Source of the DNA: Microbacteriaceae bacterium
Lineage (GTDB): Bacteria; Actinomycetota; Actinomycetes; Actinomycetales; Microbacteriaceae
Assembly: GCA_025352325.1 (NCBI GenBank)
Contig: JANXTR010000053.1
Span: 13,567 to 77,566, forward strand
DNA length: 64,000 nucleotides
Direction: 5' to 3'
Shown here: one piece after another, positions 53,322 to 62,375 of the stretch
How the letters are laid out: each line of letters opens with the position of its first letter
How positions within the stretch are numbered: the first letter of the stretch is position 1
Translations under genes and position numbers: made by a program
The notes under the pieces: generated by a model
Told to the model about the DNA's origin: nothing
The model's input: the letters and a program-made list of their open reading frames with translations, nothing else
Database searches by the model: none

Positions 53322-55058
53322 TCAGCTCGACTGAACCGGTAACTGCAGGTACGACGCGTGCTCGCCTCCAGTGTGGATGACGTGCTGCCCGCTGTTCGCA
53401 CCGACGTACTCCTCGATCCCCGGCATCAGGGTCCCGAGCAGGTTCCGCGAGCTGACGATGAATCGCAACTGCTCCCCGGGATGGAAGGCGAGTCCGATCG
53501 GCACCAGGTCTATCTCGATCTCGACGATCTCCTCAGGCGAGAGCTTCTCGACGCGGTCGAAGCTGTGGGCCGGCACCTCGTCGGTCGACAACGCCTCGTC
53601 GAGATGACGGGCGGACACCCGCAGCCGTCCGTCTGCACCCTTGTACCGCAGGACGGTCGCGCCGTGATCAGTCAGGTCCTGCACCATCGCGCTGTGGTTG
53701 GGCGTCGTGAACTCAGCGAGCGGCGTTCCCCGGGCGTCGAGCTTTTGGATGAGCACGAACAAATCCATGTCATCGGAGCCCTTCGCCTCGACCCACAGAC
53801 GAGCTTTCGGGTAGCCGACCAGCACGGTCTCCTGCTCGAACGTCACGATGAACGACACGGCGTCCGGGTTGGACGCCACGACGTACGCGGCCGGTACCTC
53901 GTCGGAGGGTGCCGCCGTGGTCAGCGCGCGTCGGCGCCCGTCGAGGTAGTACTTGGTCAGCGTGACATCACTGGGCGGGAACAACTCCGCGGGCAGATTC
54001 ACCTGAGCCCCGCCCTCGAGGTCCAACACCGAGTAGCGGACCCGCGGCGTCGACTCCCAACCGTTCTCCTCGCCCTTGAGGTACCGGTCGAAGAATCGCG
54101 TCAGATCTTCGACGTTCTCATCGTCGTAGTAGTCGGGCCACTCTTGGGTGCTGTGGATCCGCAGCCATTTGTCTTCGGAGGCGATCCGTCGCCACGCCCG
54201 GAAGGTGCCCGCCGTGTGGAGGGTGTTCGAATAGCTGGCGACGACATAGGCCGGCACGGTGATCTTGTCGAACTCGGGCGTCTTGTTCTCCCAGAGCTCG
54301 TCGAAGAGCGGGTGTTCGGCGACCTCGGAGATGATGTCCTCCTTCTGACCCTTGCCAAAGAAGCTGCCGTCCTGCAGCTGACGGGCGAATCCGGTGTCGG
54401 GCATCCCGCCGCGCAGGACGAGATCGCGGTAGACGTCGCTGACGCCCTCCCAAGGGTTGATCGCAACGAGATGCGGGGGCTGCTCCGCGGCGGTGAACCA
54501 CTGGGTTGCCGCGAGATACGATGTTCCGGTCATGGCGACCCTGCCGTTCGACCATTTCTGCTCGGCAAGCCACTCGATGATGTCGTAGCAGTCGCGGCCA
54601 TCCTGGCGGTCCCACAGGACACTGTCGCCCTCGGAATCGACGACTCCGCGGATGTCGGGATTGCAGACCGCATACCCCTGCGCGCACCAATACGCGGGGT
54701 CCGGGCCCTCAAACTTCTCGAGGCCCGAGACGGCACTGTTGCTCAGACCCACGAGCCCGAAGATCCCCATGACGCTGACCGAGCTGCCCTGCCCCTTTCC
54801 GTAGGGGCTGTACGCCACGAGAGCCGGGACCTTCTCAGCTCCGGCCGGTCGGAACAGGTCGACGTAGATCGTGACGCCGTCGCGCAGCTGGATCGCGACA
54901 TCCTTCTCGAACACGATGTCGACGGGGAGCGCCTTGAACTGCGGCGCAAGCTGATATCCGGCCTCCAGTCTCCGGGTCCCGGGCTCAAACGGGGTCAACA
55001 GTCCGGACCGAGGGGCCGGCAACGGACTGGACGGGACATAGATCTTCTGGTCGGTCAT
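53322..55058 (-). CDS. CocE/NonD-family hydrolase (S15 X-Pro dipeptidyl-peptidase-like alpha/beta hydrolase)
   Basis: 578-aa ORF with LRDGVTIYVDLFRP, SPYGKG, nucleophile GTSYLA, and a C-terminal beta-sandwich ending HASYLQLPV. Confidence 0.9.
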   Translation of the reverse strand: MTDQKIYVPSSPLPAPRSGLLTPFEPGTRRLEAGYQLAPQFKALPVDIVFEKDVAIQLRDGVTIYVDLFRPAGAEKVPALVAYSPYGKGQGSSVSVMGIFGLVGLSNSAVSGLEKFEGPDPAYWCAQGYAVCNPDIRGVVDSEGDSVLWDRQDGRDCYDIIEWLAEQKWSNGRVAMTGTSYLAATQWFTAAEQPPHLVAINPWEGVSDVYRDLVLRGGMPDTGFARQLQDGSFFGKGQKEDIISEVAEHPLFDELWENKTPEFDKITVPAYVVASYSNTLHTAGTFRAWRRIASEDKWLRIHSTQEWPDYYDDENVEDLTRFFDRYLKGEENGWESTPRVRYSVLDLEGGAQVNLPAELFPPSDVTLTKYYLDGRRRALTTAAPSDEVPAAYVVASNPDAVSFIVTFEQETVLVGYPKARLWVEAKGSDDMDLFVLIQKLDARGTPLAEFTTPNHSAMVQDLTDHGATVLRYKGADGRLRVSARHLDEALSTDEVPAHSFDRVEKLSPEEIVEIEIDLVPIGLAFHPGEQLRFIVSSRNLLGTLMPGIEEYVGANSGQHVIHTGGEHASYLQLPVQSS

Positions 55059-55067
55059 GAACTTCTC

Positions 55068-56363
55068 CTACTGAGCCTTGGTGGGCGCGAGTGCGTCGGG
55101 GACGGGGACGGGCGCGAAACGGTCGAGGGTGGTGATGCCGGCGACCAGGTGCGGCGCGATGCCCGCCATCAGTCGTCCGTAGTTCTCGGACAGCGCCTCG
55201 AGGTTCAGGGCACCGTGCAGCGTGATGATGCGCGCGTCGCGCCATGAACGCTGGATGGGCTCGAAATCCATGATCGCGGTCGCGCCTGAGTTCCTCTGGA
55301 CGAGCTCGATGGCCTCCGCGCACCACTTCGCCGCGTAGGCGGTTTCCATCAGCACACGCGCGCTAAACCGCTGCATGTAGTCGGGGTCGGCCGGCGTGCC
55401 GGCGGCCGCGAGTTCACCGAGCCGATCGGTCTCAGCCGCGTTGGCCCGCATCATGAGCTGGGCCGACTGGATCTTGGAGTGAGCCTCCGCGAGCATCAGG
55501 TGCGTCAGCGGCGCTTCCAGCTGATTCGTGTAGGTCGTCCCGCGGATCGGTCTGCCGTTGGATCGCTCGAGGAATCGCGCGATGGCACCCTGGGCGATAC
55601 CGACCGACATCCCGCCCATCATGCTGAACGACCAGCCGAGCGCCGGCGCCTTCCACAAAGATCCAGCCAAGCCACTCGCGATCGCACCGGAGGTGATCTT
55701 TCGGAAGTCGACGGCGCGATACTCCGGGACGAACAGCTCGTCGTCGTGGATGGCGACCGAGACGCTGCCGGTCCCGCGCATGCCCGCCACGTGCCAGTCA
55801 TCCAAGAACGTCAACTGGTCGCGGGGAATCTGCGCAGCGACGAGGTACTTCTCGCCGTTCTCCTCCGCGATGCAGCCGAGGTTGGTGAACGGAGACCAGA
55901 GGGATGCGGTGGCGAAGGTCCACGGGCCGCCGGAGAGCATCCATCCTCCGTCGACACGCTTCGCGCGGCCGCGGCTCGCGGGGAAGTGGCTCGACCCGGC
56001 GACGCGTGGGCCGAGCCACTCCGGGCCGAAGACCTCCTCGAGCACCTGCGGTCCCATCCCCGCCGGGATCCAGTCGGTGGACGCGCCGGCCCACACCACC
56101 CAGCCCACGGAGCCGTCCCACTTCGACGCCTCGATGACGACCTCGAGCTGCTGCGCCGCCGTCAGCTCCAGTCCCCCATACTCGGCCGGGCTGGCGATGT
56201 CGAACGCACCCGTCGCGGCCAGGTCGGCGATCGTCTCCTCCGACAGGCGGCCTGCCTTCTCGGCCTCGGGCGCTCGCTCGCGAAGCGTCGGACCGAGTGC
56301 CCGGAGCTTCTCGAGGATCGTCGCCAATGTCGCAGCGGTGTCGCGTTCGGTGGTCACGGTCAT
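55068..56363 (-). CDS. Acyl-CoA-dehydrogenase-fold flavoprotein (group-D flavin monooxygenase-like, HsaA/DszC type)
   Basis: 431 aa from MTVTTERD at 56363, in an ATGA overlap with the upstream stop. Has the ACAD N/M/C-domain pattern (AEYGGLEL, WHVAGMRGTGS). The 609-aa track ORF is a shadow extension. Confidence 0.88.
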   Translation of the reverse strand: MTVTTERDTAATLATILEKLRALGPTLRERAPEAEKAGRLSEETIADLAATGAFDIASPAEYGGLELTAAQQLEVVIEASKWDGSVGWVVWAGASTDWIPAGMGPQVLEEVFGPEWLGPRVAGSSHFPASRGRAKRVDGGWMLSGGPWTFATASLWSPFTNLGCIAEENGEKYLVAAQIPRDQLTFLDDWHVAGMRGTGSVSVAIHDDELFVPEYRAVDFRKITSGAIASGLAGSLWKAPALGWSFSMMGGMSVGIAQGAIARFLERSNGRPIRGTTYTNQLEAPLTHLMLAEAHSKIQSAQLMMRANAAETDRLGELAAAGTPADPDYMQRFSARVLMETAYAAKWCAEAIELVQRNSGATAIMDFEPIQRSWRDARIITLHGALNLEALSENYGRLMAGIAPHLVAGITTLDRFAPVPVPDALAPTKAQ

Positions 56364-58696
56364 CGGACCCTCGATTCGTTCGGCACGATCGGTAGTTGAA
56401 TGTAGCTGGGATGGTTGGGCCCGGTGTAGATCGTGTTGGTCGCTCCCACGTGATAACTCTCGTCGTAGGCCCGCGACGGGATCCCGGCCGGCGAGTACGG
56501 CTGGATGTCGATCCGCAACCGGCTGCCCTTCCGGATCAGCGCGCTGCTCGGGTTGATGCCGACCTCGACGAACACGGGCTCGCCCGGTGTGAGCGGCTGG
56601 TGGTCGGTCTCGGCATGCGACTGCACGGGCCACTCGGGCCGGGTGCGGCTCTCGTCGAGCTTGCGATGCGACACCTTCAGCAGCCCGTGGCCCGTCGGAT
56701 GGATGTTCGCTGGGTCGATCGGCGGAACCAGCGACTCGTAGCGGATCTCCCGGTCGTTCTCGTCGAGCACCCGGAGGGACACGTACACATCCATGTCGGT
56801 GTTGCTCGACGACACCCACAGGCCGGCCTTCATGTACCCCGCGAGGACCATGTCCTCCGCGACGGGTTCGCTGACGAACGAGACGCCGGTCGACCACCGG
56901 GGGGTTCCACCGACGTAGCCGGTCGGGGCCGGGATCGGGTGACCACGGTCGAGCTCGGCGCTGTAGCTCGCATCCGCCTCGACGCTCGGAACCTCGGTCT
57001 CCACGCGCCGGAAGTCGCTCCGGCGCGGGTCACCCGTCCAGCCGGAGGGCGTCGCGTCGAGGTACCAACGCGGGTAAGTGGTCCGCGCGATCGGCCAGTC
57101 TTGATCCTCAAGCACGTAGTGGGCGCCGTTGCCGGTGCGCACCTGCACGCGCACGGGCGCCGCATCCATCACACCGTTGTCGACGCCCTTGAGCCAGTAG
57201 TCGAAGAACGCCTGGTGCTCCGCGATAGTGGTGTTCTTGTAGCTGTGCGGGAACCACGCGTCGACGAGGTCGAACTTCTTCGCCTGCACTCCCGACGACT
57301 TGATGAACGTCTCACTGCTGCCCGCCTGGTGGATGACGACGCCGGTCTGCGGCCCAACGATCCACACCGGAGCCGTCGCCTTCTCGATCTCGGGTCGCAT
57401 GAAGATGGACCCGCGCGGGCCGTACGCCTCCTGGTCGTCGAACGGCGTCGCCAGCATCCGCGCAAGCCAGTCAGTCTCGGGCCGCTCACCGTGGAAGTTG
57501 TGGCCGGCCATGGCCATGCGCCACCAAGTCCAGAATCCCTCGCCGTATAGGCCGCCGCCGTACAGCGCCTCGTTGTAGAGATCCGAGTCGGTTCCGAGGG
57601 CGATCATCGCCTTGAGATGCGGCGGGTTGAGGCTCGCCACCGTGTGCTGCGTTATCGCCAGGTACGACATCCCCCAGAGTCCGACGTTGCCGTTCGACCA
57701 TTCCTGCGTGCCGGCCCACTCGATCGCGTCGTAGTAGTCCTCCGCCTGCTGCACGCTGAACGGCGCCTGCTGCCCCGGGCTGTTGCCGACGCCACGCGCG
57801 TCGACGCGGATGCAAACGTAGCCCGCGGGAACCCAGACCGAGGAGTCCACGCTCTCGTGGTTCTCGTACTGGAGACCGTCGGGGTTGCCGCTGAAGTAGC
57901 GGTCCTCCAGTTCCTCCTTCTTCCGGGCATCGTCCGGTCCGGCGATGATCCCGTGGTCGAAGCTCTTGCCGTAGAAACCCTGGTTCATGACGACGGGATG
58001 CTGCCGGTCGTCATCGGGCAGGAAGATGTCGGCGCAGACATACGAACCATCCCGGATCGGGATCTGCACATCCGTCAGCTTGACGATGCCCCGGATGTTG
58101 CGGCGCAGTTCATTGCGCGCGGCGGCCCCGTCGCGCAGCCGACGTGGGACGTTCGCGGTGAACACGCCAGGAGTCGCGTTGAGGTTCTCCAGCAGGCCGG
58201 TGACCGCGGCATCCGTCGCGAAGGTGATCGTCTGATCGGTGGAGAACGCCACCATGGCCGCAGTCCCGGGGCCTTTGTCGCTTGTCTCAGCCTCGAGATC
58301 CGTCGCGTCGGTGGCGGCCTGGTTGAAGTTGAAGACGATCGGGCCGATGACGTCGTGGACGGCGGGGGCTATCGTGACGCCGTTCTCGTAGTCGCCGTCG
58401 TCGTCGAGGGTCTGCACGAACCGCGCCAGGTTGGTCACCATCGGGTCGCGAAGCCGCTCGACCTTGCCGTCCGAGCGGTCGACCAGCTGAGCGAGGTTCA
58501 CGCGCAGAGCGCCCTTCGTGCCCCCGAGCACGAGCCCGCCGACGAGGAACGTCACGGATTCCCCGGCACGGTACTGGAACCGACCATGGTCATCGGTCAG
58601 ACCTGCGAGGGTCGGCGTCTGGTAGCGGAGTCCTCGGATGGGTCCAGCGAACACGCCGCTGAGGATACCGGCATCGACGACATCGTTGTCGGTCAT
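56360..58696 (-). CDS. CocE/NonD-family hydrolase with an N-terminal extension of about 200 aa
   Basis: 778-aa ORF. The CocE core begins near residue 205 (IPIRDGSYVCADIFLPDD, nucleophile GMSYLA, end HPSYIQLPI). The N-terminus, GLRYQTPTLAGLTDDHGRFQYRAGESVTFLVGGLVLG, is not part of the canonical fold. Confidence 0.88.
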   Translation of the reverse strand: MTDNDVVDAGILSGVFAGPIRGLRYQTPTLAGLTDDHGRFQYRAGESVTFLVGGLVLGGTKGALRVNLAQLVDRSDGKVERLRDPMVTNLARFVQTLDDDGDYENGVTIAPAVHDVIGPIVFNFNQAATDATDLEAETSDKGPGTAAMVAFSTDQTITFATDAAVTGLLENLNATPGVFTANVPRRLRDGAAARNELRRNIRGIVKLTDVQIPIRDGSYVCADIFLPDDDRQHPVVMNQGFYGKSFDHGIIAGPDDARKKEELEDRYFSGNPDGLQYENHESVDSSVWVPAGYVCIRVDARGVGNSPGQQAPFSVQQAEDYYDAIEWAGTQEWSNGNVGLWGMSYLAITQHTVASLNPPHLKAMIALGTDSDLYNEALYGGGLYGEGFWTWWRMAMAGHNFHGERPETDWLARMLATPFDDQEAYGPRGSIFMRPEIEKATAPVWIVGPQTGVVIHQAGSSETFIKSSGVQAKKFDLVDAWFPHSYKNTTIAEHQAFFDYWLKGVDNGVMDAAPVRVQVRTGNGAHYVLEDQDWPIARTTYPRWYLDATPSGWTGDPRRSDFRRVETEVPSVEADASYSAELDRGHPIPAPTGYVGGTPRWSTGVSFVSEPVAEDMVLAGYMKAGLWVSSSNTDMDVYVSLRVLDENDREIRYESLVPPIDPANIHPTGHGLLKVSHRKLDESRTRPEWPVQSHAETDHQPLTPGEPVFVEVGINPSSALIRKGSRLRIDIQPYSPAGIPSRAYDESYHVGATNTIYTGPNHPSYIQLPIVPNESRVR

Positions 58697-59709
58697 GCAC
58701 TCTCTCTTTCATTCGGGCGGGGGACGACCACGTGCTTCGCGTGCGGCGATGTCGCCTGCGCGCTCCACGCGGTCGGGAGGTCTTCGAGAGGAAGCGTGGT
58801 GACGGGAACGCGGATGCGACCAGCGGCCAGCTCGCCCCAGAGCCACTCAAGCGCCGTTCGCTTGTCGCTCAGGAGGGTGTGCAGCCCGGCGAAGCCGGAG
58901 ACGGTGATCTGCTTGCCGCGGAGCAGCCCGGCGGCGATCGTTGCGGTCGGACCAGCCGAATGACCCACGTTGACGACACGGGCATGCATGGCGCAGGTCT
59001 GCAGGGCCGCCTCGAGGGGTTGCGAGTACAGGGTGTCGATGATGACATCCACCGGGCTGGCGGCGCCGCGGATCCGCTCGGCGAGCGAGTCGGTGTGCTC
59101 TCCCGAGCGCAGTTCGACGACAGCATCCGCGCCGAGGGCTGAGAGGCCCGCCAAGACCTCCGGGTCGCGGCCGACTCCGATCACCCGCGACGCGCCACGG
59201 AGATGTGCGATCTGCACCGCAAGCTGCCCGACGGCGCCGGTTGCGCCGAGAACGAGAACGACATCCCCTGGCGAGAGCTTCGCAACTTCGACGAGCGGCA
59301 AGTATGCAGCGACTCCCGAGTTGCCGATCGCAGCCGCCTGGATGGGGTCGACGCCGGTTGGCAGAGGAAGAATGTCGGAATCTCGAACCACGACGTGCAT
59401 CGAGAGCGAGCCGGGTGAGGTCGGCGATGCGTGGGATTCGGCGTAGACGAGTGCCCCGATGTCGAAGGCGTCGGACTCGATGACCATCCCGACGCATTCG
59501 CTGCCGGGAACATAGGCCGATTCATGGCGCGCCGAATGGAACGAGCCGGAGGCGATCAGCAGGTCGAGTGGATTCAGCGGCGCGGCCAGCACTTCCAGAA
59601 GTGTCTGCCCGGACTGACGCGGCGGGAGATGGACGTCGCCGACGCGGGGCTGAGCCCCGGGAGCGTCGACGATTGCAGCCAGCACCTCAAAGCTCCTTCG
59701 CTTTACCAT
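58693..59709 (-). CDS. MDR-family quinone-oxidoreductase-like NAD(P)H dehydrogenase (no Zn ligands evident)
   Basis: 338-aa ORF with GSECVGMV, Rossmann VLGATGAVGQLAVQIA, and a 4-nt overlap with the downstream CocE/NonD start. The start is uncertain. Confidence 0.85.
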   Translation of the reverse strand: MVKRRSFEVLAAIVDAPGAQPRVGDVHLPPRQSGQTLLEVLAAPLNPLDLLIASGSFHSARHESAYVPGSECVGMVIESDAFDIGALVYAESHASPTSPGSLSMHVVVRDSDILPLPTGVDPIQAAAIGNSGVAAYLPLVEVAKLSPGDVVLVLGATGAVGQLAVQIAHLRGASRVIGVGRDPEVLAGLSALGADAVVELRSGEHTDSLAERIRGAASPVDVIIDTLYSQPLEAALQTCAMHARVVNVGHSAGPTATIAAGLLRGKQITVSGFAGLHTLLSDKRTALEWLWGELAAGRIRVPVTTLPLEDLPTAWSAQATSPHAKHVVVPRPNERESA

Positions 59710-59791
59710 CCAAAAGGTTACGATGTTTTACCGATTATGCTCACCGCTCACGATGGGTGTCAAGACGAAGACCATTGCCTCTAAAACCATC

Positions 59792-59801
59792 CAACCGTTA
59801 C
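59792..59801. promoter_or_regulatory. CAACCGTTAC motif in the divergent MDR-operon/DUF3500 promoter region; a near-identical CAACCGTTGC lies at 61022..61031 upstream of the GntR gene
   Basis: Read directly. Both copies sit in intergenic DNA 25-40 nt upstream of start codons. Confidence 0.25.
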
Positions 59802-59830
59802 AGTATTTTCGTGATCGATGAGGATTCCCT

Positions 59831-60988
59831 GTGACAACCGACATCTCGGCGAATGAGCCGACCTTCGAAGACCCCGAGACCATCCAGAAGCTGCTGGTCG
59901 GTGTCATCGGGCTGCTCGACACCTTCTCGGCGGAGCAGCGCGCCGCGGCGCTGTTCGCGTTCGACGATCCTCGGCGGCTCGATTGGGACATCATCCCCAA
60001 ACCCGACCGCATCGGCGTCTCCCTGCACAACCTGGATCGTCACCAGAAGGTCGTCGTGCTGGAGCTCGTGCGCCTCGCCGTCTCTCCCGAGGTGTACACG
60101 AAGGTCCTCGCGATCATGCAGCTGGAGCACGTGCTCCGCGGCCTGGAGGCGGACTTCCTCGGCGTCGCCGCGCCGCTCTGGCGCACCTCGGACTCCTACT
60201 TCTTCTGCCTCTTCGGCCGGCCCGGATTCGAGGACACCTGGTCGTTCCGCTTCCTCGGCCATCACGTCTGCCTGAACATCACCGTCGTCAATCAGCGCTG
60301 GATCTCGTCGACTCCGAGCGCACTCGGACAGCAGCCGGCGCTCAACGCGGGTGTCCTGAACCCGCTCGCCGCCGACGAGGGTCTCGGTTTCGACCTGATC
60401 CACTCGCTGGATGACGCGCAGCGATCGAAGGCGATCATCCACGACGTCTCGCCGGCTGATTTCGTGTCACGGCAGGTTCCGCTGATCGGAGCGCTCGAGT
60501 ACCCGGACCACTATGACCTGGGGATGCCGCAGTACCAGATCAGCAGCGACGACCGGCGCGCGCTGGCACTCGTCCGGTCTGCACCGTCGGGGATCGCGGC
60601 CGACGAGCTCACCGCGCATCAGTCGGACATTCTGCAGCGCCTGATCGACACCTATCTCGCCCGGCTCCCCGCGAGAGCCGCCTCCGAATACCGTGCCCAG
60701 TTGGATGCCAAGGGGCCCTTGAGCATCCACTTCGCCTGGGCGGGTGGGCTGGAGCGCGGGACTCCGCACTACTTCCGGGTTCAGACGGGCGCGCTGCTCA
60801 TCGAGCTGGTGAACTCGGTCGGTGGCGGTGACCACATCCACTCCGTCATCCGCGACTTCGAGCAGGATTTCGCCCACAAGTCCCTCCAGGCTTTCGACGC
60901 GCATGTCGCCGAGCGAGGCTCTCACCTGTCGACTCGCACGACCTCGAGTGAGGGTACTGAGCTCTCGGAGAACGACTGGTCATGGTGA
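59831..60988 (+). CDS. DUF3500 domain protein
   Basis: 385-aa ORF with a GTG start. Contains FAFDDPRRLDWDIIP, FRFLGHHVCLN and a C-terminal HYFRVQTGALLIELVNS..GGDHIHSVIRD, as in DUF3500 proteins. No signal peptide seen. Confidence 0.85.
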   Translation: MTTDISANEPTFEDPETIQKLLVGVIGLLDTFSAEQRAAALFAFDDPRRLDWDIIPKPDRIGVSLHNLDRHQKVVVLELVRLAVSPEVYTKVLAIMQLEHVLRGLEADFLGVAAPLWRTSDSYFFCLFGRPGFEDTWSFRFLGHHVCLNITVVNQRWISSTPSALGQQPALNAGVLNPLAADEGLGFDLIHSLDDAQRSKAIIHDVSPADFVSRQVPLIGALEYPDHYDLGMPQYQISSDDRRALALVRSAPSGIAADELTAHQSDILQRLIDTYLARLPARAASEYRAQLDAKGPLSIHFAWAGGLERGTPHYFRVQTGALLIELVNSVGGGDHIHSVIRDFEQDFAHKSLQAFDAHVAERGSHLSTRTTSSEGTELSENDWSW

Positions 60989-61055
60989 GCGGCGCGACGT
61001 CGCCGACGATGACAACCCCGTCAACCGTTGCGACCGTTCTTGGTAGCCTGCCCTC

Positions 61056-61751
61056 ATGAGCTCGGTGGCCGGTCTGACGCGCGCGAACGTTCTCGCGAGT
61101 GAGATCGAGAAGCAGATCCTCGACCGAGACTTCAAACCGGGCGAGTTGATTGGGACGATCGATTCCCTGCGCGCCCGCTCCGGCTTCGCCCGATCGACTG
61201 TCGCCGAGGCGATCCGCCTGCTGGCCGACCGTGGCCTGGCCGAGATCCGCCCCGGACGCGGGGGCGGCCTCTTTGCCACGGCCGCCGGCCCGATGGTGCG
61301 CATCCGTCACACTCTGCTGGCGGTCACCGACGCTCCCGCCTCGGTCGCGGAGGCCGTCGCTGTTCGGGAGGCCCTCGAGGTCCTCATCGCCACTGATGCC
61401 GCCGAGCATCGCACGGCCGCCGACATCAGCGACGTGAAGAAGCTGCTCGCGAAGCTCACTGCGGCCGCCTCCAAGGGCCGGACCCCGTTCCTGTTGGCGA
61501 ACTGGGATCTGCACGAGCGCATCGCTCTGATCTCCCCGAACCAGACCGCGTCGGCCCTCTACCTGTCCATGACCCGCTTCGTGCGCGAGCACGCGGTCGC
61601 GGCGACCACCGATGACGATCCCGCGTCGGCCGCGTCGTGGCTCCAGATCCGTGTCGAGATCCACGAGGAGCTCGTTGCCGCCATCATCGACGGCGACACG
61701 CGCCAAGTGAAGAAGGTCGTCGACAAGCACGCCGGACTCCTCACCGAGTAG
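61056..61751 (+). CDS. GntR-family (FCD) transcriptional regulator
   Basis: 231-aa ORF with wHTH IGTIDSLRARSGFARSTVAEAIRLLADRGLAEIRPGRGGG and a helical C-terminal domain. Confidence 0.88.
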   Translation: MSSVAGLTRANVLASEIEKQILDRDFKPGELIGTIDSLRARSGFARSTVAEAIRLLADRGLAEIRPGRGGGLFATAAGPMVRIRHTLLAVTDAPASVAEAVAVREALEVLIATDAAEHRTAADISDVKKLLAKLTAAASKGRTPFLLANWDLHERIALISPNQTASALYLSMTRFVREHAVAATTDDDPASAASWLQIRVEIHEELVAAIIDGDTRQVKKVVDKHAGLLTE

Positions 61752-61754
61752 TCG

Positions 61755-62375
61755 CTACGCCGCACGAGCGGCCCACTGCTCGCGGACGAAGCCCTCGAAG
61801 GTGGTCGGCGCTCGACCAAGAAACCAGGTCAGCACGTTCGGGTTGCCGACGAAGTCGTGACTGCTGTGCCGTGATGGCTCGCATCGCGCGGAGTTCGTAC
61901 TCCATGGTGGCTGGATCCGCTCCACCGAGAAGTCGAGCAGCGAACGTCTCAGCGTCGATCTCGCAGACCTCAATCGGCCGGTCGATGACGCCCGAGATGA
62001 TCCGCCCCAGGTCGTGTGCCGTGTACCGGCCCGGCGCCGAAAGCTCGTACGTCGCGCTGGCATGCGCAGCGGAGTCCCTTAGTACCGCCAGCGCGACGTC
62101 TGTCGCGTCGCCGAGATCAACGAGCGACTGCCGGCGCTCGAGTGACCAGGACAGCTCGAACACTCCCCGCTCGAAGTTCTCGGCGCCTCGTACCGCCCCG
62201 GCGAGCACGTCTGCGTCGGCTAGGTCCCCAACGATCACCTCAGCGACGCCGGCATCTCGCAGCACTCGGCCGACTCCTCGGAGCGGACAACCGCGCGCAC
62301 CGACAGACCCGCCGAGACGAGCTTCGGGATAAGCAGACGGCCCTGATTCCCGTTGGCCGCCGTGACCAGAATCAG
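61755..62375 (-). pseudogene. Degraded NmrA-family gene, paralogue of 41116..41994
   Basis: My own translation gives [37 protein letters not shown]. After a 1-nt frameshift it continues [28 protein letters not shown] and joins directly to [23 protein letters not shown]...; about 80 aa present in the intact paralogue are missing. A second frameshift precedes SSHDFVGNPNVLTWFLGRAPTTFEGFVREQWAARAA. The start-codon position reads CTG where the paralogue has GTG, in the same 4-nt overlap with the FAH stop. Confidence 0.6.
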
